Source: Lewinellaceae bacterium
GTDB taxonomy: Bacteria; Bacteroidota; Bacteroidia; Chitinophagales; Saprospiraceae
DNA length: 64,000 bases
Assembly: GCA_020636105.1 (NCBI GenBank)
Contig: JACJYL010000002.1
Location: 496,001-560,000 of the forward strand
Reading direction: 5' to 3'
Shown: positions 34,750-45,708 of the stretch, piece by piece
Position numbering within the stretch: position 1 is the stretch's first letter
How the letters are laid out: each line of letters starts with the position of its first letter
Translations under genes and position numbers: made by a program
The notes under the pieces: model-generated
Told to the model about the DNA's origin: nothing
Seen by the model: the letters and a program-made list of their open reading frames with translations, nothing else
Databases searched by the model: none

Positions 34750-35757
34750 TCAAAACGGGTTAGAGAATAGCGGGTTATGAATAAAAGCAGTATCTGTCAG
34801 CGTTTTCAGGAAAGCGACCATATCACTCTTTTCCTGATCAGTCAGACGCACCCCTCCCTGGTGTACGTTCTTCATCAAAGGATCTACTGTATCGGAAAAC
34901 TTTAGCCCGTCGCTATAAAAATCCACCACGTCCTCCAGGGTGGCATAACGTCCGTCGTGCATATAAGGGGCTGTCAGTTCAATATTCCTTAAGGTTGGCG
35001 TTTTAAAGCGTCCCATATCCGTATTTTTCCCGGTGATGGCGGCGTAACCAATGTCTTCGAATGTTTCATCCAGCCCGTTGTTGTGGAACAAATTATCCGT
35101 CAACAACACGCCTCCGTGACAATGAAAACAGTCCCCTTCTTCTGTAAAGAATAACTCGTAACCGTGTAATTCCTCATCGGTAAAAAATTCGGTGTTCTGG
35201 TAAACCACACGGTCAAATTTGGAATTGCTGCACACCAGGGTTCTTTCAAATTGGGCAAGGGCCTTTGCAGCCAGTTCATGCGTAATGGTTTTGGTACCAA
35301 ATGCTTCGAAAAAGAGATCCGGGTATAAAGGATCATGGTTCAATTTATCCAGGTCTGTCGCAAAAAAAGAGGCTACCTCAAAGAACATGATATCCTCAAG
35401 GGTACCGCTTATTTTACCATTCCAAAGGAAATTATTGTACCAGCCGAAATTCATGTGAGGCAGGACTGTAGGATCACTGGTAAAGGATTTTGACTGTAAG
35501 TGACAATCGGCACAGGAGTGGGTCTCGTTGCTGTGTAATTTTTTATCATAAAAAAGCATGCGTCCCAGTTCCACCCCTTCAACCGTCATGGGATTGTCTT
35601 CCGGGATTTCAAGGATAGGCATATGAGCAGGAACCACCATATCATAAGCCGTAGGATTGAACACTGCATCAGGAACAGGAGGGGTTTCCTCTCCGCAGGA
35701 ACCGATCAAAACCATTGAAGCAATTAGGACTGAAAGTATATATTTATTTACAAACAT
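34750..35757 (-). CDS. Di-haem cytochrome c peroxidase family protein
   Basis: Two CxxCH motifs (CADCH, CFHCH) and TPTLRNIELTAPYMHDG. Confidence 0.9.
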   Translation of the reverse strand: MFVNKYILSVLIASMVLIGSCGEETPPVPDAVFNPTAYDMVVPAHMPILEIPEDNPMTVEGVELGRMLFYDKKLHSNETHSCADCHLQSKSFTSDPTVLPHMNFGWYNNFLWNGKISGTLEDIMFFEVASFFATDLDKLNHDPLYPDLFFEAFGTKTITHELAAKALAQFERTLVCSNSKFDRVVYQNTEFFTDEELHGYELFFTEEGDCFHCHGGVLLTDNLFHNNGLDETFEDIGYAAITGKNTDMGRFKTPTLRNIELTAPYMHDGRYATLEDVVDFYSDGLKFSDTVDPLMKNVHQGGVRLTDQEKSDMVAFLKTLTDTAFIHNPLFSNPF

Positions 35758-35921
35758 AACCCTGATTTTTTTAGATTACCGCACAATGGTAAAATACCAC
35801 TATTTGGCCTTTTTATCAAGGGTGGAAGTCACACAAAGCAACCATAATTTGGCTAAATAATATGTTTTACAGCATAGTCTTCACAAATTTTTTCCAATAC
35901 GCCAGACGGAAGCATTTTATC

Positions 35922-36122
35922 CTAATCCCCTTCCTCCAGTTCAAAAATATCATTTACAGTTTTGGCAAATACCTTTGCGATTTTCAGGGCCAGTACCGTG
36001 GAGGGAACATACCTGTTCTTTTCAATGGAATTGATCGTCTGACGCGATACCCCAACCAGTTGAGCCAAATCCTCCTGGGTGAGATCCTTTATGGCCCGCT
36101 CTATTTTTATTTTATTTTGCAT
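35922..36122 (-). CDS. XRE-family HTH transcriptional regulator (66 aa)
   Basis: IERAIKDLTQEDLAQLVGVSRQTINSIEKNRYVPS. Confidence 0.85.
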   Translation of the reverse strand: MQNKIKIERAIKDLTQEDLAQLVGVSRQTINSIEKNRYVPSTVLALKIAKVFAKTVNDIFELEEGD

Positions 36123-36568
36123 TACCTCATCCGCTTTAAAAGTTCAAAAAAACCTATCTGAATAAGGAGCATAAAAATCAGCACCTGGAAACCCCCTAAC
36201 TCCTCGAAACCAATTTCCTGTCCTTTCAGGTAAACCCTCACCAGGTAATTTACATACGGCTGGATCACCGCATAGATCACTCCGCAAATAAACGCCATGG
36301 AATAAGACTGGGATCTCAGCTTTAGGGTAAGTTCGTCCTCCGTTTTATCCCTGGACAACGAAACCAATATCAGCCCGATCAACAACAGTTTACGGAATGC
36401 AGTTCTTATGATTTCCTGCTCCGGTTCCATTTTGGAAGTGAAAATCAAGGCTAAAAAACCAAGGCCAAACAGGACAATTCCGATCTGCTTGAAGTAATTG
36501 GGTAATTTAAAGGCACTAAGTTTGTCCAGGCGGCTTTGCTCCGCTTCGCAAAATTGATTCTTATTCAT
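36122..36568 (-). CDS. Multi-pass membrane protein co-transcribed with the XRE regulator
   Basis: 148 aa with four hydrophobic segments. Its stop overlaps the regulator start by 1 nt. Confidence 0.65.
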   Translation of the reverse strand: MNKNQFCEAEQSRLDKLSAFKLPNYFKQIGIVLFGLGFLALIFTSKMEPEQEIIRTAFRKLLLIGLILVSLSRDKTEDELTLKLRSQSYSMAFICGVIYAVIQPYVNYLVRVYLKGQEIGFEELGGFQVLIFMLLIQIGFFELLKRMR

Positions 36569-36597
36569 GTTAATTAAGATTTGATTAATGGATCAAA

Positions 36598-36647
36598 AAG
36601 ACAAAAAAACTGTTCTTTAAGACAAATTATTTTTACTAAAAGACAAA
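36598..36647. promoter_or_regulatory. Three AAGACAAA direct repeats phased at exactly 21 bp
   Basis: Copies start at 36598, 36619 and 36640. An inverted core copy lies at 36699-36705. Confidence 0.65.
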
Positions 36648-36763
36648 TATACTTTACATTTTTATTTAAATCAAGCCTTATTCAATAATTCTTCAAATTT
36701 TGTCTACCATGACTTATTTGGTTACTTTTGACAAATAAGTCTAATTCCTCAAATCCTCGGCAC

Positions 36764-38041
36764 ATGAGCACAAAATCAGGGATCATTGAAGATTTCAAAA
36801 CCCACGTTTCCTCCGGGAAAGCAGCCTTTTTTAGCAAATACAAAATGGATTTTGTGATGGGAGAAAGATCCGGCATTTTTTTGTCGGACATGGATGGTGA
36901 AAAACAATTGCTGAATCTGCATTCAAACGGAGGGGTTTTCAACCTGGGACACCGTAATCCTGCCCTCATTGAAGTCTTGAAAAACAGCCTTGACCACCTT
37001 GATATCGGCAACCACCACCTCATGAGCAGGCATCGCTCGAAACTGGCAAAATTGTTGTCGCAAACCATGCCCGGCGACCTCAACTATGTCGTTTTCGGAG
37101 TAGGTGGAGGGGAAGCCGTGGACCTGGCCATAAAAGTGGCCAGAGCATTTACCGGACGACAAAAGATCATTTCTGCCAACGGAGGATATCACGGCCATAC
37201 CGGGCTGGCACTGGCTACGGGCGATCCAAAATACCGTGACCCTTTCGGACCTCCTTCTGCAGATTTTGAACAAATCCCTTTCGGGGATGCGTTGGCCATG
37301 GAAAATTCCGTCACCCCCGATACAGCTGCGGTCATTTTGGAAACCATTCCAGCAACGTTGGGCATGCTTATTCCATCGACTGAATACCTGCAACAGGTGA
37401 GATCAGTTTGCGATAAAAATGGCGCCCTGCTGATCCTCGACGAGGTACAGTCCGGTTTGGGCAGGACAGGTAAGCTCTGGGCCTTCGAGCATTTCGAAGT
37501 GGTTCCGGATATTGTGGTCATTGGCAAGGGATTGTCCGGGGGCCTCTACCCTATTTCTGCCACGGTCCTCCGCCAGCCGCTGGAGACTGTTTTTCACGAG
37601 GATCCTTTCATTCATATCTCCACCTTTGGAGGAGCGGAGCTGGGATGCCTGGTCGCCCAAAAAGTATTGGAAATTTCCTCGGATCCGGAATTTCTGGATC
37701 ATGTAAACCATATGGCTGCCCTGTTTGCAGAGCGAACCGAAATCCTGAAAAAGAAACACAAGGGATTCCTCGTAGGCCTGCGTCAAAAAGGCCTGATGAT
37801 GGGACTGGAACTCAGCCACGAACTGGCTGGTCCTATCCTGACCAAAACGGCTTTTGATAATAACCTGTTGATGGTTTACGCCAATAATGACACACGGATA
37901 TGCCAGTTTTTACCGCCATTGATCATAGCCAAAAACCAACTGGATGACTTATTTGTAAAACTGGATAAGGCACTGAAAGAAGCACGAAAACTTATGCCTC
38001 TTGTTAAAGCACAACGTTTTGTGAAAGGGATTTTCAGGTAG
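36764..38041 (+). CDS. Class-III PLP-dependent aminotransferase
   Basis: ATG at 36764. Motifs GGEAVDLAIK, ILDEVQSGLGRTGKLWAFEH, GKGLSGG. Confidence 0.85.
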   Translation: MSTKSGIIEDFKTHVSSGKAAFFSKYKMDFVMGERSGIFLSDMDGEKQLLNLHSNGGVFNLGHRNPALIEVLKNSLDHLDIGNHHLMSRHRSKLAKLLSQTMPGDLNYVVFGVGGGEAVDLAIKVARAFTGRQKIISANGGYHGHTGLALATGDPKYRDPFGPPSADFEQIPFGDALAMENSVTPDTAAVILETIPATLGMLIPSTEYLQQVRSVCDKNGALLILDEVQSGLGRTGKLWAFEHFEVVPDIVVIGKGLSGGLYPISATVLRQPLETVFHEDPFIHISTFGGAELGCLVAQKVLEISSDPEFLDHVNHMAALFAERTEILKKKHKGFLVGLRQKGLMMGLELSHELAGPILTKTAFDNNLLMVYANNDTRICQFLPPLIIAKNQLDDLFVKLDKALKEARKLMPLVKAQRFVKGIFR

Positions 38042-39026
38042 GGGTTTCTAATTCGTGGATCAGCTTAATTCTTTGTTGATCCGACAGCCCATAAGCAGGG
38101 GTATGCCAATTCAAGGAATCGTAATATTTTCGGCACACCGTCATACTATCTTTTAAGTTTGTGAGCCGTAGGTCAAAATTTTCCTGAAGTCGTTGGTTGC
38201 TGTACGTGAAATAGTCGTTATCAATCCAAAGCGGCATATCGGTCCACTCGCTGATTCCGGAAGCTTTTAAAAATTCGGGACCGGCATTGATCCAATCCAC
38301 TTTTTTTCCCAATTCCCCCGCAGCAGCATTTACTATTTCACGAATGGAGGTTTGCGGGCTGGAAATAATGTTATAAACGCCGCCGGACACACCTGGATTT
38401 AAAGCCCGAATAATAGCTTCGGCAAGATCTTCCACGTAGGTGACCGAAAAAGAACGGTCCCCGTTATCCGGCAACAATAGAAGATCATTGAACTTTACCT
38501 GGTGCATCCAGTAATAAAACCGATCAGTATGGTCAAACGGACCATAAACAAGCGCGGGTCGAAAAATGACATTATCTAACCCTGATTTAATTAAAATACG
38601 TTCACATTCTGCTTTCCTGTTCCCATAGGACTGTGGAGAAAGATCCGTCATTTCTTCCCGCGAACATCCCAATACGGGAGTTTCCTCGGCCCTCATTTTT
38701 CCCTGGTATTTTTGATTATCATAAACGGAACAGGTGGAAATAAAGATATAGCGTTTGACCGAATCCGATAATTGCTCAAGCCCCCCTTTCATATCCTCCG
38801 GAAAATAACACGACAGGTCGATGATAAAATCCCAGTCTTTCCCGGCAATTTGTTGGATATCGTCGGTGCTCCTGTCTCCTTTAATTTTTTGAACGTCCTG
38901 AAACAACTCAGCTCCGGTCATTTGACGGTTGAACAACGTAAGTTCAAAATCATCTTCCTTCTGCAATCGCTCGACCAGGTTGCGGCCAATGAATTGAGTC
39001 CCTCCGAGGATAAGTAATTTTTTCAT
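38034..39026 (-). CDS. NAD-dependent epimerase/dehydratase family protein
   Basis: N-terminal Rossmann motif MKKLLILGGTQFIGRNLV; 330 aa. Confidence 0.85.
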   Translation of the reverse strand: MKKLLILGGTQFIGRNLVERLQKEDDFELTLFNRQMTGAELFQDVQKIKGDRSTDDIQQIAGKDWDFIIDLSCYFPEDMKGGLEQLSDSVKRYIFISTCSVYDNQKYQGKMRAEETPVLGCSREEMTDLSPQSYGNRKAECERILIKSGLDNVIFRPALVYGPFDHTDRFYYWMHQVKFNDLLLLPDNGDRSFSVTYVEDLAEAIIRALNPGVSGGVYNIISSPQTSIREIVNAAAGELGKKVDWINAGPEFLKASGISEWTDMPLWIDNDYFTYSNQRLQENFDLRLTNLKDSMTVCRKYYDSLNWHTPAYGLSDQQRIKLIHELETPT

Positions 39027-40174
39027 TATATATTCTTCTTGAAGACCTTTGACAAGGTTTTAAACCCCAGTTTATTTAAAAACTGGTGAGCGGGTTCGTT
39101 ATGCAGGTTACTCTCGGCAAATAATTGTGGTATGTTATTTTCCTTCAGGTGATTGAAAATCCAATGAACTATTTGCTCTCCGATGTTTAATTTCCGATAG
39201 GTCTTATCCACAGCAATATCTGAAAGCGTGGCGTACCATCCATTTGGGTTTTCATCGTATTCAACCAATGCAAGTCCGACAAGCTTTCCATCATAGTAGG
39301 CTCCAATCAATCTTGAAGGGCCAAAGGGGGATTTTTTTAGGGCATCTTTAAATTCCGTAGCCATACGGGCCGCTATATCCTGGATCCATTCTTTTTCGTT
39401 GATGGCCCGGCCTACCTGGATTTCTCCGTGAGAAATATAGTTCTTTTTTGAATTTTCAACAAACAGCTTTACCATGGCCTGCACTTCAGAATCATCCGTC
39501 ACCCACCAGATGGCCAGTTGGGTCATATCGAGCTCTTTCCCTTTGTTACGGTTGTGTTTTGGGTTGTTCCTTCTCCAGAAATCATCAAAAGGAGTATCTT
39601 CTGAAGCATCCGTCCAGCCAGCCACCACATCACATTTAAAAACATGGGAAACGTACTCATAAAACCGGCTTTCCATGACCTCTTCATCCGGCTCTTCCTC
39701 GATCAGGTGTAAACCGGAATTCATGATATTCCTCAGTTGAGGAAGATAATCCCACTTCTGATCCTCCCAAAAAACAGGAAATCCCGGCGCCGTGACCAGA
39801 TCGTGGAACCAGGCCACCCAGGACCCAAAGACATCAGGGGGCAAAATTTTATCTTCCCGAAATTTGATGGCCAGTTCGAACAGGTTCAGCATCTGGCACA
39901 CATAATTGGAGGTTGCCTTGAATTCCGCAGTGCCTTGCGCTGGTATCGGTTCATCTTTTTCCCATACTGGTCTGATCAGATCCAGATTCGTAGCCTCAAA
40001 GCGGAATAGATCAATGGATGCCAGTTCGAGTTTTTGATAGGTATCCCGGTTAGCGATCCGCCTATCTCTTTTTTTCTCAATAGCTCTGGCGATAATAAAT
40101 GTCGCTAAGGCAATAAATAAAGAAATGATTTGAAGGAGGGTATCGTTTTCGATAATCAATAATATTTTACCCAT
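39026..40174 (-). CDS. Membrane-anchored protein with unknown central domain and C-terminal GNAT acetyltransferase domain
   Basis: N-terminal TM IISLFIALATFIIA. C-terminal LVGLALVEY...IAVDKTYRKLNIGEQIV...FLNKLGFK. Confidence 0.7.
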   Translation of the reverse strand: MGKILLIIENDTLLQIISLFIALATFIIARAIEKKRDRRIANRDTYQKLELASIDLFRFEATNLDLIRPVWEKDEPIPAQGTAEFKATSNYVCQMLNLFELAIKFREDKILPPDVFGSWVAWFHDLVTAPGFPVFWEDQKWDYLPQLRNIMNSGLHLIEEEPDEEVMESRFYEYVSHVFKCDVVAGWTDASEDTPFDDFWRRNNPKHNRNKGKELDMTQLAIWWVTDDSEVQAMVKLFVENSKKNYISHGEIQVGRAINEKEWIQDIAARMATEFKDALKKSPFGPSRLIGAYYDGKLVGLALVEYDENPNGWYATLSDIAVDKTYRKLNIGEQIVHWIFNHLKENNIPQLFAESNLHNEPAHQFLNKLGFKTLSKVFKKNI

Positions 40175-40228
40175 TGATTTTTATTTTTTTATCCCAACCA
40201 AAATATTCAAATACGAAAATGTGAAATT

Positions 40229-41572
40229 TTAATGAATTTCAGCGGAAATCAGATGTTTTTCAATCTCCTCCAGACTCTTGTTCTTTGTTTCCGGAATAAA
40301 GAACCTGACAAAGAAAAACGCCACCAGAGTGATCCCCGCAAAAACGACAAAGGCGCCCCACTCTGACCAGGCGTTCATCCTTGGGAAAACCTGGGCAATT
40401 AAAACGTTGGTCAACCAAAGCGATAAAGTCGCAATGGACATGGCCGTTCCTCTTACTTTTGTTGGATAAATTTCGGAAATAATGATCCAGGTCACCGGCC
40501 CGTAGGAAAATGCAAAACAGGCGATGAAGGCGGTAATGAAAATAATGATAAGAAAGGGTTGTTCCATTCCGTAAAAAAAGTAACTGCCGCACATCACCAA
40601 AGAAAGGAATACGCCGATAATGCCGGAAAGCAGCAATGGTTTTCTGCCCCAGGCATCAATTTTCCAAATGGCCAGAAAGGTGAACAAAACATTCACCATC
40701 CCAATGGTGACCTGCCCTCCAAGGGAATCACTCAGGGTAAGGCCGGCATTGCTCAGGATATCAGGACCATAATAAATGATGGCATTGATTCCGCTCAACT
40801 GTGAAAAAGAAGCTAACAGGGCACCGATCAGCAACAACCAAAGCAGGGATCTGTTTTTCATGATGTCCCAGAAACGGCTCTTTTCCAACTGTTCCTCCTC
40901 TGAAAACCGGATCTGGTCCGCCGCTTCCCCGGCCGGAAGGTATTGATTCAGGATGACCCTGGCTTTTTCAATTTTATTTTTGGACAACAGCCACCGGGGG
41001 CTTTCCGGAATATAAAACAACATGAACAGGAAAAGAAGCGCAGGCGCGGCCTCCATGCCGAACATCCATCGCCAGGTTTCTTTGCTTTCCGCACCTATGA
41101 TTTGTACGATGGCAGCATTGGATAAATAAGCCGAAAGAATACCTATGGTGATGGCCAACTGGTATAAAGCGACCAGCCGTCCCCTTAATTTTGAGGGAGA
41201 CAATTCAGCGATGTACAAAGGAGAAAGAATAGAGGCAATTCCAATACCTGTGCCCCCAATAATTCTATAAAAGACCAATGAAGAAACCAAACCGGCCAGT
41301 GCACTACCCACCGCAGAGACCAGGAAAAATATGGCAGAGGCCAATAAAACCTTCTTTCTGCCGAAAGCATCGCTGGCCATCCCGGAGAGGGAAACGCCGA
41401 TCATACACCCGACTAAAGCTGAACTTACAAACCATCCTTCCATATCCACCCCCAGCAAAAAATGGTCCCTAACCGGGGCAATAGTCCCTGAAATGACGGC
41501 GGTATCAAAGCCGAACAACAATCCACCCAAAGCGGAGATCACGCTTATCAGAACGACGTTTCTATTTTCCAT
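40229..41572 (-). CDS. Sugar-porter family MFS transporter
   Basis: GRKKVLL, PESPRWL and PETKNKSLEEIE signatures; 12 predicted TM segments. Confidence 0.9.
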   Translation of the reverse strand: MENRNVVLISVISALGGLLFGFDTAVISGTIAPVRDHFLLGVDMEGWFVSSALVGCMIGVSLSGMASDAFGRKKVLLASAIFFLVSAVGSALAGLVSSLVFYRIIGGTGIGIASILSPLYIAELSPSKLRGRLVALYQLAITIGILSAYLSNAAIVQIIGAESKETWRWMFGMEAAPALLFLFMLFYIPESPRWLLSKNKIEKARVILNQYLPAGEAADQIRFSEEEQLEKSRFWDIMKNRSLLWLLLIGALLASFSQLSGINAIIYYGPDILSNAGLTLSDSLGGQVTIGMVNVLFTFLAIWKIDAWGRKPLLLSGIIGVFLSLVMCGSYFFYGMEQPFLIIIFITAFIACFAFSYGPVTWIIISEIYPTKVRGTAMSIATLSLWLTNVLIAQVFPRMNAWSEWGAFVVFAGITLVAFFFVRFFIPETKNKSLEEIEKHLISAEIH

Positions 41573-41582
41573 AATCCGGATT

Positions 41583-43361
41583 TTATGCTTTTACAAAAGC
41601 TTTGATCACTTTACAAATGCCCATTCCTTCATTGATCATCTTATATTTTCTACAGGCTGCGGGAACCACAAAAGTCTCTGCAAAATTGAATCTTTGTGTT
41701 AATCCTCCGGCGGTTTCCAAAAGGATGGATTCCCCTTCCACCAAAGATAATACATGGCATTGATTTTGGGTATCCACCTCCACAAGGGAATGAAATTCCA
41801 TCCGGTGAACGTCATAAAAATGGTCCTTATGGGTGGGCAGGTGGAATAATACCCAGTCTTCCCCTTTTTCCATCAACTCAGGCCTGGCAATGTGTTCCCG
41901 GTCAATGACCTCCCCTTTTCGGGCAAAGTTCAGGTTTAAAAACCCCCGATCCAGGTTCAGTGGCCTTGGCTGTCCGTCCAGGTCAAGGCGCAGCCAGTCA
42001 TAAAGTTTGAAGGTAAAAATATATGGGGTTGCGCTAATTTCAAGTACCAGGTTATTTTTTCCCGAGCTGTGGATCGTGCCTGCAGGGATCAGGAATAAAT
42101 CATGTTTCCGTACTTTTACCTTATTAACATATTTTTCAATATCTACTTCAGTCGTATTTTTGAGACTGCTTTCCAATTCAACACGGAACAAAGAAGGATC
42201 AATATCTCCCTTAAATCCGAGGAATACTTCTGAGTCTTCCTTGGTATCGAGCATATAATAACACTCATCCTGGGTAAAATTTTCCCCGAAGGCTTCTTTA
42301 ATAAAATCTTCCCGCGGATGTACCTGGACGGATAAATTCCCGCCGTCAAAGGTATCGAGGAAATCAAAACGTATGGGAAACTCGACGCCAAAACGGTCAG
42401 CCGCGGCTCCCAGCACGTTTTCATGGGCCTGGAACATGAGGAAATCAAAAGAGCATTCCAAAACTTTGCCGTTGTCTACCAGTAAAAGCCCGTTTTCAGG
42501 AACGATTAATTCAAAGGACCATGCGTAATTGGGAACCTCCCTGCTCAATTGCGTAATATGATTTTTCATCCAACTACCGCCCCAGGCGCCAGGCTCAAAC
42601 CAGGGTCTGACCCTGAAAAAATTGACACTCATTGCTTCGAGGCTGCTTCGCAGGCATTCTCCTGTCGTCCAGAAAGGCTTTTCCGGTCTTTGGTCATCGA
42701 CCAGGAGGTCAATACGGGGCAATAATTGTTGTTTATGAAGATTCAGCACCACCCAATCCACAAAATAAAACCTTTTGTACATGGATTTGGGCGAGGTACA
42801 TTCGACCGCACCCAGGTTGGTGGTCGCCCCGGCGCGCATTCTGAATTGCAGTTCATTTTTAGGCAGATCGACATAACAAACCAATCCCTCCCATTGACAC
42901 AGGGCCGCACCCGGCCCATAAACGATATTGATATCTGCCGTCGGGTCCGGGATCATTTTTTCAATTTGCCCAATATCATAAAAATCAATGAGGGTGAGGG
43001 TAGTTTTTTTTCCAAAAACCGGATCGTCCCCTCCCAGAAAAGGCGCAATGATGGTTTCAACCTCTCCGACCGGTTTAAAGGCACTGGCCATCTTTTGCCA
43101 TTTGACCTTCAGCCCCCGTTCCTGTAAATGAGCATCTATGCCGTTGCGCAAATCCTCCCAGAAAACGCCCACGTAACCTTCTAAAATGACGTGTTGGTGT
43201 TTTTCGAAAACACCAGCCAAAGATTCATAACCTGCCTGGATTGAATGATCCGGCACTTTAAATCCAGGATAAATATCATAACTGCCCGGAGCTGTCGGAA
43301 CAACTGATTCGGGGATTAGCCATTGAGTGGTTTTTCTTTTGTTGGATTTCATTGTTCCCAT
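41583..43361 (-). CDS. Class I mannose-6-phosphate isomerase-like cupin protein (long form)
   Basis: LSVQVHPRED, ECYYML and IPAGTIHSSG match type I PMI motifs; 592 aa. Confidence 0.7.
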   Translation of the reverse strand: MGTMKSNKRKTTQWLIPESVVPTAPGSYDIYPGFKVPDHSIQAGYESLAGVFEKHQHVILEGYVGVFWEDLRNGIDAHLQERGLKVKWQKMASAFKPVGEVETIIAPFLGGDDPVFGKKTTLTLIDFYDIGQIEKMIPDPTADINIVYGPGAALCQWEGLVCYVDLPKNELQFRMRAGATTNLGAVECTSPKSMYKRFYFVDWVVLNLHKQQLLPRIDLLVDDQRPEKPFWTTGECLRSSLEAMSVNFFRVRPWFEPGAWGGSWMKNHITQLSREVPNYAWSFELIVPENGLLLVDNGKVLECSFDFLMFQAHENVLGAAADRFGVEFPIRFDFLDTFDGGNLSVQVHPREDFIKEAFGENFTQDECYYMLDTKEDSEVFLGFKGDIDPSLFRVELESSLKNTTEVDIEKYVNKVKVRKHDLFLIPAGTIHSSGKNNLVLEISATPYIFTFKLYDWLRLDLDGQPRPLNLDRGFLNLNFARKGEVIDREHIARPELMEKGEDWVLFHLPTHKDHFYDVHRMEFHSLVEVDTQNQCHVLSLVEGESILLETAGGLTQRFNFAETFVVPAACRKYKMINEGMGICKVIKAFVKA

Positions 43362-43388
43362 TAAATAAACGACAACTGCCTACTAAGG

Positions 43389-44435
43389 CTAAACAACCTC
43401 CACCAGGTGATCTCCCTGATCGGTAATTACCCCGAATGCTTCCAATTCAAATCCGTTCAGGTTCATGGTATGCACGAACTCCTGTTCATGTTCAGGGGAT
43501 ACCGCTACGAGTAACCCACCGCTGGTTTGCGGATCGCATAACAAGTATTTTTGCTGATCGGAAAGGGGGCCAATTTTATGTCCGTAAGACGCCCAGTTGC
43601 GTTGGGTGCCTCCCGGGATACAACCCATTTCCAGGTAATTGTCGAGGACGGCTTTGTTTATAAAGGGCACTTTTTCAAAATCAACACGGGCGCTTGCGCC
43701 ACTCGCCTCACACATTTCCGCAAGGTGCCCCAGCAAGCCAAAACCTGTAACATCGGTCATCGCCTTGACGTAAGGCAAGGTTCCGAGCATTTCACCGATG
43801 CTGTTCAACTGGACCATGCTGTTCCGTGCCAGCATATCGTGCTCAGGCAATCGTTTTTTTTGCTTTTGTGCCGTCGTCAGAATCCCCACGCCAATAGGCT
43901 TGGTGAGAAATAATTTACACCCGAGATCCGCACCTCCGTTCTTTTTCAGGTTTTTTATATCCACCCTTCCTGTGACCGCCAGGCCAAAAATGGGTTCCGG
44001 GCTGTCGATACTATGCCCGCCCGCCAGAGGGATTCCGGCTTCTTTGCAGGCGTTCCTTGCACCATTGATCACCTCGTTGGCCAACTCAGCGGGCAGTTTG
44101 TCAATCGGCCACCCCAGGATAGCGATCGCGAGGATGGGTTTACCTCCCATGGCATAAACATCACTGATGGCATTCACGGAAGCAATACGACCAAAATCGG
44201 CAGGATCATCCACAATGGGCATAAAAAAATCGGTCGTGCTTATTATTGCAGTGCCGTCCCCCAGGTCCATGACCGCCGCATCATCGCGTTCGTCATTCCC
44301 TACCAGCAGGGCTTCAAAAATCTGGTGATGCCCGTTGTTTGTCAGTATTGCGTCCAGTACCTTCGGCGCAATTTTGCAGCCACAGCCGGCACCATGGCTG
44401 TATTCTGTCAGTTTAATATCCTTTAACAAATCCAT
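43389..44435 (-). CDS. selD: Selenide, water dikinase
   Basis: N-terminal HGAGCGCKI (Cys-type active site) and an AIR-synthase-like fold pattern; 348 aa. Confidence 0.9.
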   Translation of the reverse strand: MDLLKDIKLTEYSHGAGCGCKIAPKVLDAILTNNGHHQIFEALLVGNDERDDAAVMDLGDGTAIISTTDFFMPIVDDPADFGRIASVNAISDVYAMGGKPILAIAILGWPIDKLPAELANEVINGARNACKEAGIPLAGGHSIDSPEPIFGLAVTGRVDIKNLKKNGGADLGCKLFLTKPIGVGILTTAQKQKKRLPEHDMLARNSMVQLNSIGEMLGTLPYVKAMTDVTGFGLLGHLAEMCEASGASARVDFEKVPFINKAVLDNYLEMGCIPGGTQRNWASYGHKIGPLSDQQKYLLCDPQTSGGLLVAVSPEHEQEFVHTMNLNGFELEAFGVITDQGDHLVEVV

Positions 44436-45459
44436 TCTTTACGAAATTTATAAGTTGTTTTGCAATAGCTTCCGGACTTTCCTCTGCAGTCTCAAAGGGA
44501 ATGACCTCACAAGTCTCCGCCCGTCGGCCCAGCGCGTTTGAATAAGCTTTATCGTAATAATTAAGGGCAATTTCGGCAGCCTTACCATAATCCTTCGCCT
44601 CTATTGCTTCCAATGCAGCATTGAGATGTTGTCCCCCCAACCGTTTTTTGATCTTTTCAAATGAATGAGTCAGCTCTTCAGGAGAATAACAAGCGTACCC
44701 CTTTACCAAATGATCCACCCGGTGCGACAACTTTCTTTTTAAAAAGATCACGGGCCGTTTGCGCATGGTTTCCCAAAATAGTTGAGGCACATAAACCCTT
44801 CCGATGGACCGGCTTTCATCCTCAACCCAGAACCGGGTGGCGGGATCAATGCCTTGAAAAGCTTTATACAGGTTATTCTCAAACTGCTCCACATGGGGTT
44901 GCTCTTCCTGCCCGAGGGCACCAAAGGCAGAACCCTTATGATGAGCAATGCCTTCAAGGTCCAGGAATTGTTCTCCAAGCCCTTTCATCGCATGCAAAAT
45001 TTCTGTTTTAGCCGACCCTGTAAAACCTCCCAGGATCAGCATATTTGAAAAGTCCTGCGATAACTGTTCATGAATATAATTCCTGTAGGATTTATACCCT
45101 CCATCCAGTACGTTTACCTCATAACCCGCCGTGTCGAGTAACCAGGCCATACTACCGCTTCTTTTCCCGCCACGCCAACAATGCACCGTCACCTTTTTTC
45201 CCGGTGCCATTTTTTCCGCTGCTTCTACGAAATGCCTCATTTTTCCTCCCACAAAATCAAGCCCTTTGAGCAGAGCTACCTGCGGGTTTTCCTGCTTATA
45301 GGCCGTACCGACCACTACCCTCTCTTCATCGGAAAACAAAGGAAGATTTAGGGCTCCCGGAATATGGCCTTTTTCAAACTCTGCCGGAGTCCGGACATCC
45401 AACAGCACCCTGTCTGTCAGGTCCTCCAAAAGCGTTTCTATTTGAATTTTTTTTACCAT
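44413..45459 (-). CDS. selU: tRNA 2-selenouridine synthase
   Basis: ATG at 45459. Rhodanese loop [11 protein letters not shown] and P-loop GGFTGSAKT. Overlaps selD by 23 nt. Confidence 0.85.
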   Translation of the reverse strand: MVKKIQIETLLEDLTDRVLLDVRTPAEFEKGHIPGALNLPLFSDEERVVVGTAYKQENPQVALLKGLDFVGGKMRHFVEAAEKMAPGKKVTVHCWRGGKRSGSMAWLLDTAGYEVNVLDGGYKSYRNYIHEQLSQDFSNMLILGGFTGSAKTEILHAMKGLGEQFLDLEGIAHHKGSAFGALGQEEQPHVEQFENNLYKAFQGIDPATRFWVEDESRSIGRVYVPQLFWETMRKRPVIFLKRKLSHRVDHLVKGYACYSPEELTHSFEKIKKRLGGQHLNAALEAIEAKDYGKAAEIALNYYDKAYSNALGRRAETCEVIPFETAEESPEAIAKQLINFVKNGFVKGY

Positions 45460-45708
45460 AACTTTGAAACGGGTATAAGCTTTTATCAGTTTTATTAGCC
45501 GAAACAACAAAGCTAAATATTATTTTTACAATTACGGTAACACCAAAATTGAAAATACCCTCTCCTCATTTTTGCATCTTGCAAAAAAAATATCAGGTCA
45601 AATCAAATTATCCCCGTTTTATTTTTTATGTTGTGGGCTATTTTATATATTGGTGATATTAATTTTCATTCTACTTCTTAACTTTCAAAACGTAAAATTC
45701 CTACAACT

